Shown piece by piece: positions 1 to 8,941 of a DNA stretch of 50,952 nucleotides. The translations under genes were made by a program, and so were the position numbers. Position 1 is the stretch's first letter. Each line of letters begins with the position of its first letter. A model generated the notes under the pieces. It ran no database searches, had not been told where the DNA came from, and saw nothing but the letters and a program-made list of their open reading frames with translations. Location: assembly GCA_900753285.1 (NCBI GenBank), contig CAADYN010000127.1, positions 1 through 50,952 on the forward strand. The letters are read 5' to 3'. Source of the DNA: Clostridia bacterium (GTDB lineage: Bacteria > Bacillota > Clostridia > Oscillospirales > CAG-272).

Positions 1-827
1 AGAGCAAGCAGAAATTTATCAGCCAGATAATGACGAGCAAAAGCCCTGTCCGTTCTGCCGAAGATGTGGACGAGGTTGCCCTGTCCTTTGCGGAGGTTAA
101 AATGCTTGCCACAGGTGATGCCCGTTTTAAGGAAAAGATGGATTTGGATATACAGGTTTCCAAGCTCCGAGTGTTAAAGCAGAGTTATCTTTCCGAGCAT
201 TACGACCTTGAGGACAGAGTGCTGAAATACTATCCCCAGACCATTAAGGAGTATGAGGAACGCATTGCAGGCTATGAAAATGATGTAGCTCTTGCCGAAC
301 AGCACAAGCCGCAGGGCGAGGATAAGTTCTGCCCGATGACCCTAAAAGGTATGACCTACACCGAAAAGGCAGACGCAGGCGAGATGCTCCTTGCAATCTG
401 CAAGGATTATCCGATGTCCGCAGCTACCGAAATCGGCAGCTATCGAGGTTTCCGAATAGAGATTTATTATGATACCGTCAACGCCCATTATTGTATGAAC
501 CTTTGTGGAAAGGCAAAGCATAAGGTAGATTTAGGTGCTGATGCCCTCGGAAATCTGACCCGAATTGAAAACGAGCTGTCAAAGCTCCCCGCCAGACTGG
601 AAGCTGCCAAGACCAAAAAGGCGGAAACTATCGCACAGCTTGAAACCGCAAAGGAGGAAATCAAGAAGCCCTTTGCCTTTGAAGATGAGCTGAAAGAAAA
701 AACAGAACGGCTGAACGCTCTTAACATTGAGCTGAATCTGAATGAAAAAGATACTTCCGTTATGGATACCGAGCCAGAGCAGGCAGAAGAACAGCCCGAA
801 AGAAAATGTGCAAGTCGGGAGAGATAA
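1..827 (+). CDS. C-terminal part of a large ICE-encoded protein (probably a helicase/DNA methylase-type protein); the 5' end is off-window
   Basis: The frame is open from base 3 with no upstream stop. The coiled-coil-rich C-terminus (FAEVKMLATGDARFKEKMDLD...) resembles, from memory, the tails of SNF2/N6-methylase giant proteins of conjugative elements. Confidence 0.5.
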   Translation, partial: SKQKFISQIMTSKSPVRSAEDVDEVALSFAEVKMLATGDARFKEKMDLDIQVSKLRVLKQSYLSEHYDLEDRVLKYYPQTIKEYEERIAGYENDVALAEQHKPQGEDKFCPMTLKGMTYTEKADAGEMLLAICKDYPMSAATEIGSYRGFRIEIYYDTVNAHYCMNLCGKAKHKVDLGADALGNLTRIENELSKLPARLEAAKTKKAETIAQLETAKEEIKKPFAFEDELKEKTERLNALNIELNLNEKDTSVMDTEPEQAEEQPERKCASRER

Positions 828-905
828 TGCGGTTTGCATATTTGTATTGCTGATTTCTGGGAAGTATAATAGGTGTAGATTTATAGAATATCGGAGGTGA
901 AAGGT

Positions 906-1235
906 GTGCTTGATAATTTCAGATTTGAAACCTTTGTTGATGTGCATAGCAACATCTTTGCTGAATATCTAAGCTCCGTTATCGCAAAGCTGCCCAAAGA
1001 AAATCCAGAATACCGTTCCACAGAGGAAAGGATAGAGGAACTCTACAAGGAGTATCCCAAAGTGATGGCAGTTTTGGATACGGAAAAGCCGAGTGATTTA
1101 TCCGAGCAGGAGTGTAAGGCTTTGATAGAAGTTTTGGAGCTTCGGAACAGGCTCAGCGATATGCAGCAGGAAGCAATCTATTTCAGAGGGTGCTATGACA
1201 GCGTTGGGTATCTCAAAAAGGCAGGAATTTTATAA
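906..1235 (+). CDS. Small hypothetical ICE protein
   Basis: ORF 897-1235. GGAGG at 893-897 makes the in-frame GTG at 906 the likely start. It is followed by hairpin 1245-1276. No motif recognised. Confidence 0.55.
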   Translation: MLDNFRFETFVDVHSNIFAEYLSSVIAKLPKENPEYRSTEERIEELYKEYPKVMAVLDTEKPSDLSEQECKALIEVLELRNRLSDMQQEAIYFRGCYDSVGYLKKAGIL

Positions 1236-1244
1236 CCGAGAACG

Positions 1245-1276
1245 GCGGCATTGGCGTGGAGCTGATGCCGCTTTTA
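1245..1276 (+). terminator. Rho-independent terminator-like hairpin
   Basis: GCGGCAT (1245-1251) pairs with ATGCCGC (1265-1271), followed by TTTTA. Confidence 0.5.
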
Positions 1277-1347
1277 CATAGCCGCAGAGGTGGAAAAATT
1301 CATAAAAATGTGGTATGATTTTTAAATCAGTAAGGAGGTGACAGTTT

Positions 1348-1935
1348 GTGAGTGTTATCTTTGGAATAAAAGAAAATAACCGTATAATTATTGCAGGCGA
1401 TAAGCGAGGGTCAAGTATTGACGGGAAAACTTTGTCAGATGATTTAGACAAAGTCCTTATGATAAATGACCATTTAGCTTTTTCAAGTGCAGGTAACGCA
1501 GCTATTGAAAAGGCTATTTCAATAGATTTGAACAAGGCGACAAATAAAGATTGCCTAACTACCGATGATTTACTTGATATTATAAAAGCATTTTATAAGC
1601 GAGTAGCCGATACAAATTGTGATGCTATATTAGCCTTGCCGTTCTATTTTCTCATAGCAGGTAAAGGGCGTGACGGTAATGCAAGCCTAATATCGGGAGG
1701 TAATATCAAGGGTCGTTTAGATGCAAAAGATGTTCCAATGGCTCTTTTTCCACCTGCCGATGCAAAAATGCAGGAGTGCTGCGATTGCTTTGCAAAAAAT
1801 TATAAGTTGCATAATTCAGAGTTTGTAGAAAAAACAATTAAGGAAATTGCGAATATTAGTAATTTGGTAAGCCCTACGGGTAACAAATGGATTTATAATA
1901 TCGCAACAGAAAAAGGGATGCTTTTTTCATTCTAA
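1348..1935 (+). CDS. HslV / 20S proteasome beta-subunit-like Ntn hydrolase (orphan cargo gene)
   Basis: GTG start 8 nt after TAAGGAGGTG. The N-terminus SVIFGIKENNRIIIAGDKRGSS...DKVLMINDHLAFSSAGNAA parallels HslV TTIVSVRRNGHVVIAGDGQ...AGFAGGTADA and PrcB TTIVALKYPGGVVMAGDRR (both recalled from memory). Ser1, Asp17 and Lys34 of the Met-less protein sit at the Thr1/Asp17/Lys33 positions. Confidence 0.6.
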   Translation: MSVIFGIKENNRIIIAGDKRGSSIDGKTLSDDLDKVLMINDHLAFSSAGNAAIEKAISIDLNKATNKDCLTTDDLLDIIKAFYKRVADTNCDAILALPFYFLIAGKGRDGNASLISGGNIKGRLDAKDVPMALFPPADAKMQECCDCFAKNYKLHNSEFVEKTIKEIANISNLVSPTGNKWIYNIATEKGMLFSF

Positions 1936-1954
1936 AAGAACTATATTTTACATA

Positions 1955-1995
1955 GCCGAGAGGTTTTCATTTAACGAAATCCCCTCGGCTTTTTC
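1955..1995 (+). terminator. Rho-independent terminator
   Basis: GCCGAGAGG (1955-1963) pairs with CCCCTCGGC (1981-1989), followed by TTTTT. Confidence 0.7.
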
Positions 1996-2019
1996 TATTT
2001 CTGGAGGTGATTTTATCCA

Positions 2020-3006
2020 TTGAGAACTAACCGACCCTACGTGCAGATTGACCCAGATGTGCTTGAACGGGTACGCCAGATTGACCTGTTATCCTATCTG
2101 CGTGAGTTTGAGCCGAGCAATCTCGTTAAGGTCAAAGGCACAAGCAATGTGTACTGTACAGCAGAACACGACAGCTTAAAGATTTCCAACGGCAAATGGT
2201 ATTGGTGGTCGAGAGGTTTCGGCGGCTATTCTGCCCTCGATTATCTTATCAAGGTCAAGGAATATGACTTTGTGGAAGCCGTGGAAATTCTCACAGGGCA
2301 GACAATGGCGGACTGGAAACCGCCTGCTCCAAAGAAAAATGAACCGAAAGTCCTACTCTTGCCGCTAAAGAATAAGGATTGTAACCGAGTGATACAGTAT
2401 CTTTTCGGGCGTGGTATTGACTATCAGCTCATACAGGAGTGTATCTCAGACGGCACGCTTTATGAGAGTGCCGATTATCACAATGCTGTTTTTATCGGCA
2501 AAGATGAAAGCGGAACACCGAAATATGCTGCCCTGCGAGGCACTCTCGGCAGCACTTTCAAGCAGGACGCATCGGGCAGCGACAAGCAGTATTCGTTCCG
2601 ACTTCTGGCAAAGAAGCCTGCGGATACCGTGCATTTATTTGAAGCCGCCATTGATTTACTGTCCTACGCCACCTATCTAAAGTGTGAGGGAAAGGACTAT
2701 AAATCGGAAAATCTGCTTTCTTTATCGGGCGTGTATCAGCCAAAGAAAGAGATGAAGGACAGCAAAATCCCCATAGCTCTCACAACTTTTTTGAGTGCCA
2801 ATCCACAAATTAAGACCATAGTTCTGCATCTGGATAATGATAAGGTAGGCAGGCTTTGTACCGCTACTTTGAAGGAACTGTTGCAGAAAGACTACAAAAT
2901 CGTTGATGATCCTCCGCCTGTCGGCAAGGACTTCAACGATTTTTTGTTGTCCTATCTGAAAATTGCAAGACCAAAGCTTAAGCGTGAAAGGAGTGATGTC
3001 CGTTGA
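2020..3006 (+). CDS. DUF3991/Toprim domain protein (TraC-like primase-related ICE protein)
   Basis: TTG start after GGAGGTGA. Zinc-binding-like N-terminus, then a Toprim-like segment (VHLFEAAIDLLSY ... IVLHLDNDKVGR). This is a typical ICE neighbour of the relaxase module. Confidence 0.7.
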   Translation: MRTNRPYVQIDPDVLERVRQIDLLSYLREFEPSNLVKVKGTSNVYCTAEHDSLKISNGKWYWWSRGFGGYSALDYLIKVKEYDFVEAVEILTGQTMADWKPPAPKKNEPKVLLLPLKNKDCNRVIQYLFGRGIDYQLIQECISDGTLYESADYHNAVFIGKDESGTPKYAALRGTLGSTFKQDASGSDKQYSFRLLAKKPADTVHLFEAAIDLLSYATYLKCEGKDYKSENLLSLSGVYQPKKEMKDSKIPIALTTFLSANPQIKTIVLHLDNDKVGRLCTATLKELLQKDYKIVDDPPPVGKDFNDFLLSYLKIARPKLKRERSDVR

Positions 3007-3020
3007 TTGTGTAGCAGTTT

Positions 3021-3374
3021 TTGCCCAGAAAGACACCGAAACCAAATCAAAATTTAATGCTGAAAGCGAGGAATGAACTATTGAAAAAGTATGATGTAAC
3101 CCTTACTGCCCATTACCGAAAGACCGTTTCCGTCTATGCGGAAAGCCCCGAACAGGCAAAGGAAAAGACAAAAATTATCCTGTTCGATACCGACCTTATC
3201 AACTTTACCGATGATGGTTTTGTCTGCGGCGAAGCCGATATTACCGAGCAGAGCGAGGACGGTCTTGACGGTGCGGGCGAGAATACACTACAGGAAAATA
3301 CGGATTGTTCGGACTGTCCGTACTTCTGCCCCGTGTGCGGTGAGTGTATGTATGAGGAGGACTGCGAAGAATGA
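3021..3374 (+). CDS. DpnD/PcfM-like small protein with a Cys-rich acidic tail
   Basis: YDVTLTAHYRKTVSVYAESPEQAKEK fits the PcfM-type beta-alpha-beta pattern (from memory). C-terminal CSDCPYFCPVCGEC. The start is uncertain (TTG 3021 or ATG 3057). Confidence 0.45.
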   Translation: MPRKTPKPNQNLMLKARNELLKKYDVTLTAHYRKTVSVYAESPEQAKEKTKIILFDTDLINFTDDGFVCGEADITEQSEDGLDGAGENTLQENTDCSDCPYFCPVCGECMYEEDCEE

Positions 3375-3384
3375 GATGTCTTAC

Positions 3385-3435
3385 CAAGCACTGAATTTGG
3401 TTAGCCAAATTCGCTTGTTAGGGGTCAGCCCCTAA
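3385..3435 (+). promoter_or_regulatory. Candidate oriT: two adjacent inverted repeats upstream of mobC and the relaxase
   Basis: IR1 is 3385-3417 (GAATTTGG/CCAAATTC core, extended by CAAGC/GCTTG). IR2 is 3418-3435 (TTAGGGG-TCAG-CCCCTAA). The position matches where oriT usually lies. Confidence 0.3.
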
Positions 3436-3465
3436 TACCCCGTGAGAACAGAAAGGAGTTTAAAA

Positions 3466-3618
3466 ATGAGTGAGTTCTTATTTTTCATTATTGGCACAAT
3501 GCTCGGCGGTCTGTTCGGTGTTGCGTGTATGTGTTGCTTGCAGATAAGCAGACTTTCCGAGAGAAAGGAAGTGGACAATGCGAAAAAGAAATGTGCAGAT
3601 ACTTTTCCGTCTGACTGA
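3466..3618 (+). CDS. Small membrane protein (DUF3789-like), 50 aa, not in the ORF track
   Basis: ATG 3466 lies 8 nt after AAAGGAG. MSEFLFFIIGTMLGGLFGVACMCCLQISRL... has one TM helix and overlaps the mobC start by 41 nt. It resembles small proteins seen before mobC in related ICEs (from memory). Confidence 0.45.
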   Translation: MSEFLFFIIGTMLGGLFGVACMCCLQISRLSERKEVDNAKKKCADTFPSD

Positions 3619-3907
3619 GGAGGAAGCCGAACACCTTAATGAGCTTGTGCGGAAATCGGGTCGCTCAAAAGAAGCCTTTTTAAGAGAAATGGTAAGGGGC
3701 TATCAGCTCTGCGAAAAGCCCGACCCAGAGTTCTATAAAATGATGCGTGAGCTGTCCGCCATTGGCAACCGTATCAATCAGCTTGCGGTTAAGGCAAACG
3801 CCCTCGGCTTTGTGGATACCCCGATGCTCCGTGAGGAAGCAAGGAAATGGCACGAGTTTCAGATTGACATTCGCAAAAGGTATCTGCTTCCACGCAGGTC
3901 ATCGTAA
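3578..3907 (+). CDS. mobC: MobC-family relaxosome accessory protein (RHH)
   Basis: The segments FRLTEEEAEHLNELVRKSG and GNRINQLAVKAN are typical of MobC. The stop overlaps the relaxase ATG. Confidence 0.8.
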   Translation: MRKRNVQILFRLTEEEAEHLNELVRKSGRSKEAFLREMVRGYQLCEKPDPEFYKMMRELSAIGNRINQLAVKANALGFVDTPMLREEARKWHEFQIDIRKRYLLPRRSS

Positions 3908-5313
3908 TGGCGGTCTGCGAGATATGGAATGTGCGTGGCAGGCTCGACCATCCAATCGACTATGCCGAAAATCCCGAAAAGACCGCCAACCCCAAATACA
4001 CCGAAGACGACCTGCAGGCGATGGTCGATGTAATGGAGTACGCTACTAATAAGGATAAGACCGAGCAGCGTTTCTTTGTCACAGGTGTAAATTGTGACCC
4101 GACCACCGCCAGAGATGAAATGATGATTACCAAAGCGGGATGGAGCGACACGAGTGAGATTGTCTGCTATCACGGCTTCCAGAGCTTCAAGCACGGTGAG
4201 GTTACGCCAGAGCAGGCTCACGAGGTCGGCGTTAAACTTGCCGAGCGAATGTGGGGCGACAGATTTCAAGTCATCGTTGCCACTCACCTAAATACCGATT
4301 GCCTGCATAATCACTTTGTCGTGAACTCTGTTTCTTTTGCGGACGGTATGCACTACCACGACAACAAAGCAAATCTGCGGCTGCTCCGTCAGCGTTCCGA
4401 TGAGCTTTGCCGTGAGTATGCTCTGTCTGTCATCGAACACCCAAGCGGTAAGAAAAAGCCCTACGCCCTTTACCAAGCCGAAAAGCAGGGGCGACCCACG
4501 AGGGATAATGTTGCCAGACAGGCGGTGGATGAAGCTATCAGCAAATCATTTACGCTGAAAGACTTTGACCGCCAGTTGGCAGAAATGGGCTATCGCATAA
4601 ACTTTGACCCCAACCGCAAGTATTGGACGATTATAGGCAAGGGCTGGCAAAGACCCAAGCGGCTTTATAAGCTCGGAGAGGAATACACCAATGACAGGAT
4701 TATGGAGCGTATCAGCGAAAATTCCTATGCTGTCAAATTCCAGAGCTTCTCAGAGCCACAGGTCAAGGTCTATCGGGTCAAAGGCTCATTGAAGAATGCC
4801 AGGAAAATCGGCGGCTTGCGTGGGCTGTATCTCCATTACTGCTACAAGCTCGGTATCCTGCCAAAAGGCAGAAAACAAAATTATGCACGGCTTCATTATC
4901 TCTTAAAGGACGACCTTATGAAGATGGAAGCCATCACACAGGAAACAAGGCTGCTTTGCCGCAATCACATTGATACGGCGGAGCAGCTTTGTTCATATAA
5001 AGGCTCTCTGGAAACGGAGATGTCTGCCCTGCTTCAGAAGCGAAAGGAGCTTTACTCCAAATCCCGCAGGACAAGCGGCGAAGAAAAGGAAGCGGTCAAG
5101 GCAGAGCTTTCCGATATTTCGGGGCGGCTGAAAATTATCCGAAAGGAGGTCAGACTGTGCGAGGGCATCGCCGCCCGTAGTGATACCCTCAAGGAAAAAT
5201 TGCAGACGATACGGGCAGACGAACACGAACAGCAAAGAAAGGAGCTGATGAAGAATGAACACAGGCGGCGAAGCGGCAGAACAAATCGTCCGAATGAGCT
5301 TGGAGGGCTTTGA
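3907..5313 (+). CDS. Relaxase/mobilisation nuclease (MobA/VirD2 family)
   Basis: Histidine triad HLNTDCLHNHFVVNSV, an N-terminal relaxase fold and a C-terminal coiled coil. Confidence 0.9.
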   Translation: MAVCEIWNVRGRLDHPIDYAENPEKTANPKYTEDDLQAMVDVMEYATNKDKTEQRFFVTGVNCDPTTARDEMMITKAGWSDTSEIVCYHGFQSFKHGEVTPEQAHEVGVKLAERMWGDRFQVIVATHLNTDCLHNHFVVNSVSFADGMHYHDNKANLRLLRQRSDELCREYALSVIEHPSGKKKPYALYQAEKQGRPTRDNVARQAVDEAISKSFTLKDFDRQLAEMGYRINFDPNRKYWTIIGKGWQRPKRLYKLGEEYTNDRIMERISENSYAVKFQSFSEPQVKVYRVKGSLKNARKIGGLRGLYLHYCYKLGILPKGRKQNYARLHYLLKDDLMKMEAITQETRLLCRNHIDTAEQLCSYKGSLETEMSALLQKRKELYSKSRRTSGEEKEAVKAELSDISGRLKIIRKEVRLCEGIAARSDTLKEKLQTIRADEHEQQRKELMKNEHRRRSGRTNRPNELGGL

Positions 5314-6067
5314 GGTCGCTGCCAAAATTACAGGTGCAGGTGCGAAGAACATCGCTATCCTGTTGTATTCCATTCTCAAAGAAGAAAAGAAAACCAAAGG
5401 CAAAGCAAGGCTGACGAGTATGCTCCGTTCTGGTAAGGAGCTGAAAGTCTTTACCGTCAAAAACGGCGACTTAAAGAAGTTCACGCAGGAAGCGAAAAAA
5501 TACGGTGTGCTTTACTGTGTCCTCACGGACAGGAAAAACAAAGACCCCAATGCGGAGGTCGATGTCATCGCCCGTGCCGAGGACGCATCGAAAATCAGTC
5601 GTATCGTGGAACGCTTTAATCTTGCTTCGGTGGATACCGCTTCTATTGTGACGGAAGCCGAGAAATCCAAAGATGCAAAGGACGGTCAGCCAGAGCCAGA
5701 TATTGGTGTGCAGGAAAAGGCGGAGAAAGACAAGCTGCTTGACGAGCTTATGGGCAAGCCTGTCCAGAAGGAGGAAAACGCCCCAAACCCCTCGGTGGCA
5801 AAGACAGAAAAATCCCCTCAGTCCGAGCCTACCTTAGAGCAGCCAAAGAAGTCCGCAGAGGGGGCTACTATGACTAAGGAGAAACCTTCTGTCAGAGAGG
5901 AACTGCGGAAAATCAAGGAGAGCCGCAAGGAGCAGGAAGCAGAGATTGGCACTTCCGACCTGGACAAAAGCGGTGCTTCCGACAGGGCGAAAAGTGCTAA
6001 CAGGAAAACGGAGCATAAACAGCCCACAAGAAAGAAAAAGAAACCAAAATCCAAAGAAACGAGGTAA
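5255..6067 (+). CDS. PcfB-family (DUF3801) conjugation protein with a lysine-rich disordered tail
   Basis: EQIVRMSLEGFEVAAKITGAGAKNIA...GVLYCVL is the PcfB signature (from memory). AAGGAG lies upstream. It overlaps the relaxase 3' end. Confidence 0.7.
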   Translation: MNTGGEAAEQIVRMSLEGFEVAAKITGAGAKNIAILLYSILKEEKKTKGKARLTSMLRSGKELKVFTVKNGDLKKFTQEAKKYGVLYCVLTDRKNKDPNAEVDVIARAEDASKISRIVERFNLASVDTASIVTEAEKSKDAKDGQPEPDIGVQEKAEKDKLLDELMGKPVQKEENAPNPSVAKTEKSPQSEPTLEQPKKSAEGATMTKEKPSVREELRKIKESRKEQEAEIGTSDLDKSGASDRAKSANRKTEHKQPTRKKKKPKSKETR

Positions 6068-6073
6068 ACAGCT

Positions 6074-6937
6074 ATGAGTATTTACGATGTATTCAGCGGC
6101 GGCAACAGACCTTTTGATAAAGAGGAATGGGCTGCCGCAAAGCAGGCACAGCGGAAAGAAGCCTATGAGCTGATTGACAATACCTGCTCTGAAATGGTGG
6201 CAAGCGGCGACAGCTTCCGTCAGTATCTTGATGTGCAGGGTCGCTTTGACCGTTACTCCGTGGCTAACGCTATTCTGGTATCAGCACAGATGCCCGAAGC
6301 AACGCAGCTTAAAGAGTACAGCAAATGGAAAGCGAACCGTGTCTATGTGAACAAGGACGCACAGAAAATCATTATCCTTGAGCCGAGCAAGGAATACACC
6401 CGTGAGGACGGGACAAAGGGCGTCTCTTACAATGCCAAAGTGGTTTATGATATTTCCGAAACCTCGGCAAAGGACAGGCAGCAGGAACAGGAGCCGAAAT
6501 CCATGCGTGAGCTTGTGTCGGCTCTGATTGATGCAAGCCCTGTACCCTGTGTTCCTGTCGGTGAGCTTGAACTGCCTGCCTATTATGACAGCTCTCAGCA
6601 GACCATTTTTGTCAAGAAGGGGCTTTCCGAGGAAGTGCTGTTCGTGAGTATGGCAAAAGAAGTGTCGGCGGCGGTCTATGACTTTAAGCACAACGAGAGC
6701 CGTGATGCTTCCGATTTCAAATCCTTCTGCGTTGCCTATATGGTAAGCTCCCGTTATGGCGTGGATACCAGAGGTTTTGACTTTTCCAGACTTCCCAGAG
6801 AGTATGCGGAAATGGATACACAGGCATTCAAAGGAGAGCTTGGCACGATGCGTGATGTTCTGGGCGAAATCCAGAGCGATATGTATAAGAGTATGGAGAA
6901 GAACAAGCCTGCAAAGAACAAAGAGCAGGAACGCTAA
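6074..6937 (+). CDS. ArdC-N-like ssDNA-binding domain protein
   Basis: YSVANAILVSAQMPEATQLKEYSKWKANRVYVNKDAQKIIILEP resembles the ArdC_N/DUF1738 block (NxxLL..Q..T...W...G..V.KGEK). Confidence 0.45.
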   Translation: MSIYDVFSGGNRPFDKEEWAAAKQAQRKEAYELIDNTCSEMVASGDSFRQYLDVQGRFDRYSVANAILVSAQMPEATQLKEYSKWKANRVYVNKDAQKIIILEPSKEYTREDGTKGVSYNAKVVYDISETSAKDRQQEQEPKSMRELVSALIDASPVPCVPVGELELPAYYDSSQQTIFVKKGLSEEVLFVSMAKEVSAAVYDFKHNESRDASDFKSFCVAYMVSSRYGVDTRGFDFSRLPREYAEMDTQAFKGELGTMRDVLGEIQSDMYKSMEKNKPAKNKEQER

Positions 6938-6952
6938 TCGGAGGTGCAGACT

Positions 6953-7150
6953 ATGAGAGAGAAACGATACCATATCGCACTTGATAAGTACGATAAGAAT
7001 ATCGTCATCAACGCCTTAAACACCCTGCGTACAAGGCAGTTACAGGAGGAACGCCCCACCGAGCCTGTTGACGAGCTGATAAGCAAGGTGGCACACGCTC
7101 CGACAAAAAAGGTTAAGGTCGTGCATTGCAGGTGCAATGAGGAACGATGA
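6953..7150 (+). CDS. Small hypothetical ICE protein
   Basis: ATG 6953 lies 9 nt after GGAGG. Its end overlaps the T4CP start. Confidence 0.5.
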   Translation: MREKRYHIALDKYDKNIVINALNTLRTRQLQEERPTEPVDELISKVAHAPTKKVKVVHCRCNEER

Positions 7151-8927
7151 CCAGAAAACGAGCCTAATCCTTTCTGTCTGCGGCATACTTCCTGTCGTAT
7201 GGCTTGCCCTGCTGACAGCACCCTATGTCAGCGGTGGTCTTGTAGAGATTATCCGAGGTCTGCCTGTGGCGATGGGCAATCCGTTTGAAATAATGGTATG
7301 TGAGGACAGCGTAAAGACTGTCCTCATTTTTTTACTTGCCTACGCTATGGGCATCGGCGTTTATTTCTCTACACGCAGGAATTACCGCAGGCGTGAGGAA
7401 CACGGCTCTGCGAAATGGGGCAACGCAGGTGCTTTGAATAAGAAGTACCGAGATAAAGACCCGTCAGCTAATAAGCTTTTGACCCAGAATGTCCGTATCG
7501 GGTTGGACGGGAAAAAGCACCGCAGGAATCTGAATATTTTAGTCTGCGGCGGTTCTGGTGCGGGAAAAACGAGGTTTTTCTGCAAGCCAAATGCTATGCA
7601 GTGCAACACATCTTTTGTAATACTCGACCCAAAGGGCGAAATCGTCCGTGACATCGGCGGTCTGTTGGAAAACAAAGGCTATGAGGTGCGTGTGCTTGAC
7701 CTTATCAATATGCACCGCAGCCATTGTTACAATCCCTTTGTCTATCTGCGGAACGATAACGATGTTCAGAGGTTGGTAACAAACTTGTTTAAGGCGACCA
7801 CGCCGAAAGGCTCACAGTCGCAAGACCCGTTCTGGGATACGGCGGCGAGTATGCTGCTTCTGGCTCTGGTGTTCTATCTGAAATATGAAGCACCGCCAGA
7901 CGAACAGAATTTCCCGATGGTTATGGAGCTGCTCCGTGCAGGCGAAGTCCGAGAGGACGATGACAGCTATGTAAGCCCTCTAGACGAGCTGTTTGACCGT
8001 CTGGAAATGGTAAACCCAGAGCATATCGCCCTAAAGTATTACAGGGATTACCACAGTGGTAGTGCAAAGACCTTAAAGAGTATCCAGATAACCCTTGCCG
8101 CAAGGCTTGAAAAATTCAATCTGGAGAGCCTTGCAGGGCTTACTGCCACCGATGAGCTTAACCTGCCAAGTCTGGGCGAAAAGAAGGTCGCTCTGTTCGC
8201 TCTGATACCAGACAACGACACGAGTTTTAACTTCCTTGTCAGTATCCTTTATACCCAACTCTTTCAGCAGCTTTTTTATCTAGCAGACCACAAGTACGGC
8301 GGAAGCCTGCCTGTGCATTGCCATTTCATAATGGACGAATTTGCGAATGTTTCATTGCCCGACGACTTTGATAAAATCCTGTCTGTTATGCGTTCCAGAG
8401 GGGTATCGGTATCCATTATCCTGCAAAATCTGGCACAGCTCAAAGCCCTTTTTGAAAAGCAATGGGAAAGCATTGTCGGCAACTGCGATGAGTTTCTGTA
8501 TCTGGGCGGCAACGAGCAAAGCACCCACAAATATGTGTCAGAGCTTTTGGGCAAGGAAACCATTGATACCAACACCTACGGGAAAAGCTCTGGGCGGAGT
8601 GGTAACTATTCAACAAATTATCAGATTTCGGGGCGTGAGCTGATGACCCCAGACGAAGTGCGTATGCTTGATAACCGTTACGCACTTCTTTTTGTGCGTG
8701 GAGAACGCCCCGTTATGGACTTCAAGTATGACATTTTGAAGCACCCGAATGTGAAGCTGACGGCTGACGGAGGGCAACCGCCGTATATCCACGGAGAGCC
8801 TACGCAGGCTGTCGCAACCCTTGTGTTTGACAGTGATATTCCAGATAACGCCGTGAGCGTGAAAGCTGTCAGCACTTCCTATGAGCTTCTGTCCGATGAG
8901 GACTTGGAAGAAATATTCAATTTATAA
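7137..8927 (+). CDS. virD4: Type IV coupling protein (VirD4/TraG family)
   Basis: Two N-terminal TM helices, Walker A VCGGSGAGKT and Walker B-like HFIMDEFAN. Confidence 0.9.
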   Translation: MRNDDQKTSLILSVCGILPVVWLALLTAPYVSGGLVEIIRGLPVAMGNPFEIMVCEDSVKTVLIFLLAYAMGIGVYFSTRRNYRRREEHGSAKWGNAGALNKKYRDKDPSANKLLTQNVRIGLDGKKHRRNLNILVCGGSGAGKTRFFCKPNAMQCNTSFVILDPKGEIVRDIGGLLENKGYEVRVLDLINMHRSHCYNPFVYLRNDNDVQRLVTNLFKATTPKGSQSQDPFWDTAASMLLLALVFYLKYEAPPDEQNFPMVMELLRAGEVREDDDSYVSPLDELFDRLEMVNPEHIALKYYRDYHSGSAKTLKSIQITLAARLEKFNLESLAGLTATDELNLPSLGEKKVALFALIPDNDTSFNFLVSILYTQLFQQLFYLADHKYGGSLPVHCHFIMDEFANVSLPDDFDKILSVMRSRGVSVSIILQNLAQLKALFEKQWESIVGNCDEFLYLGGNEQSTHKYVSELLGKETIDTNTYGKSSGRSGNYSTNYQISGRELMTPDEVRMLDNRYALLFVRGERPVMDFKYDILKHPNVKLTADGGQPPYIHGEPTQAVATLVFDSDIPDNAVSVKAVSTSYELLSDEDLEEIFNL

Positions 8928-8941
8928 GGAGGATTTACCCT

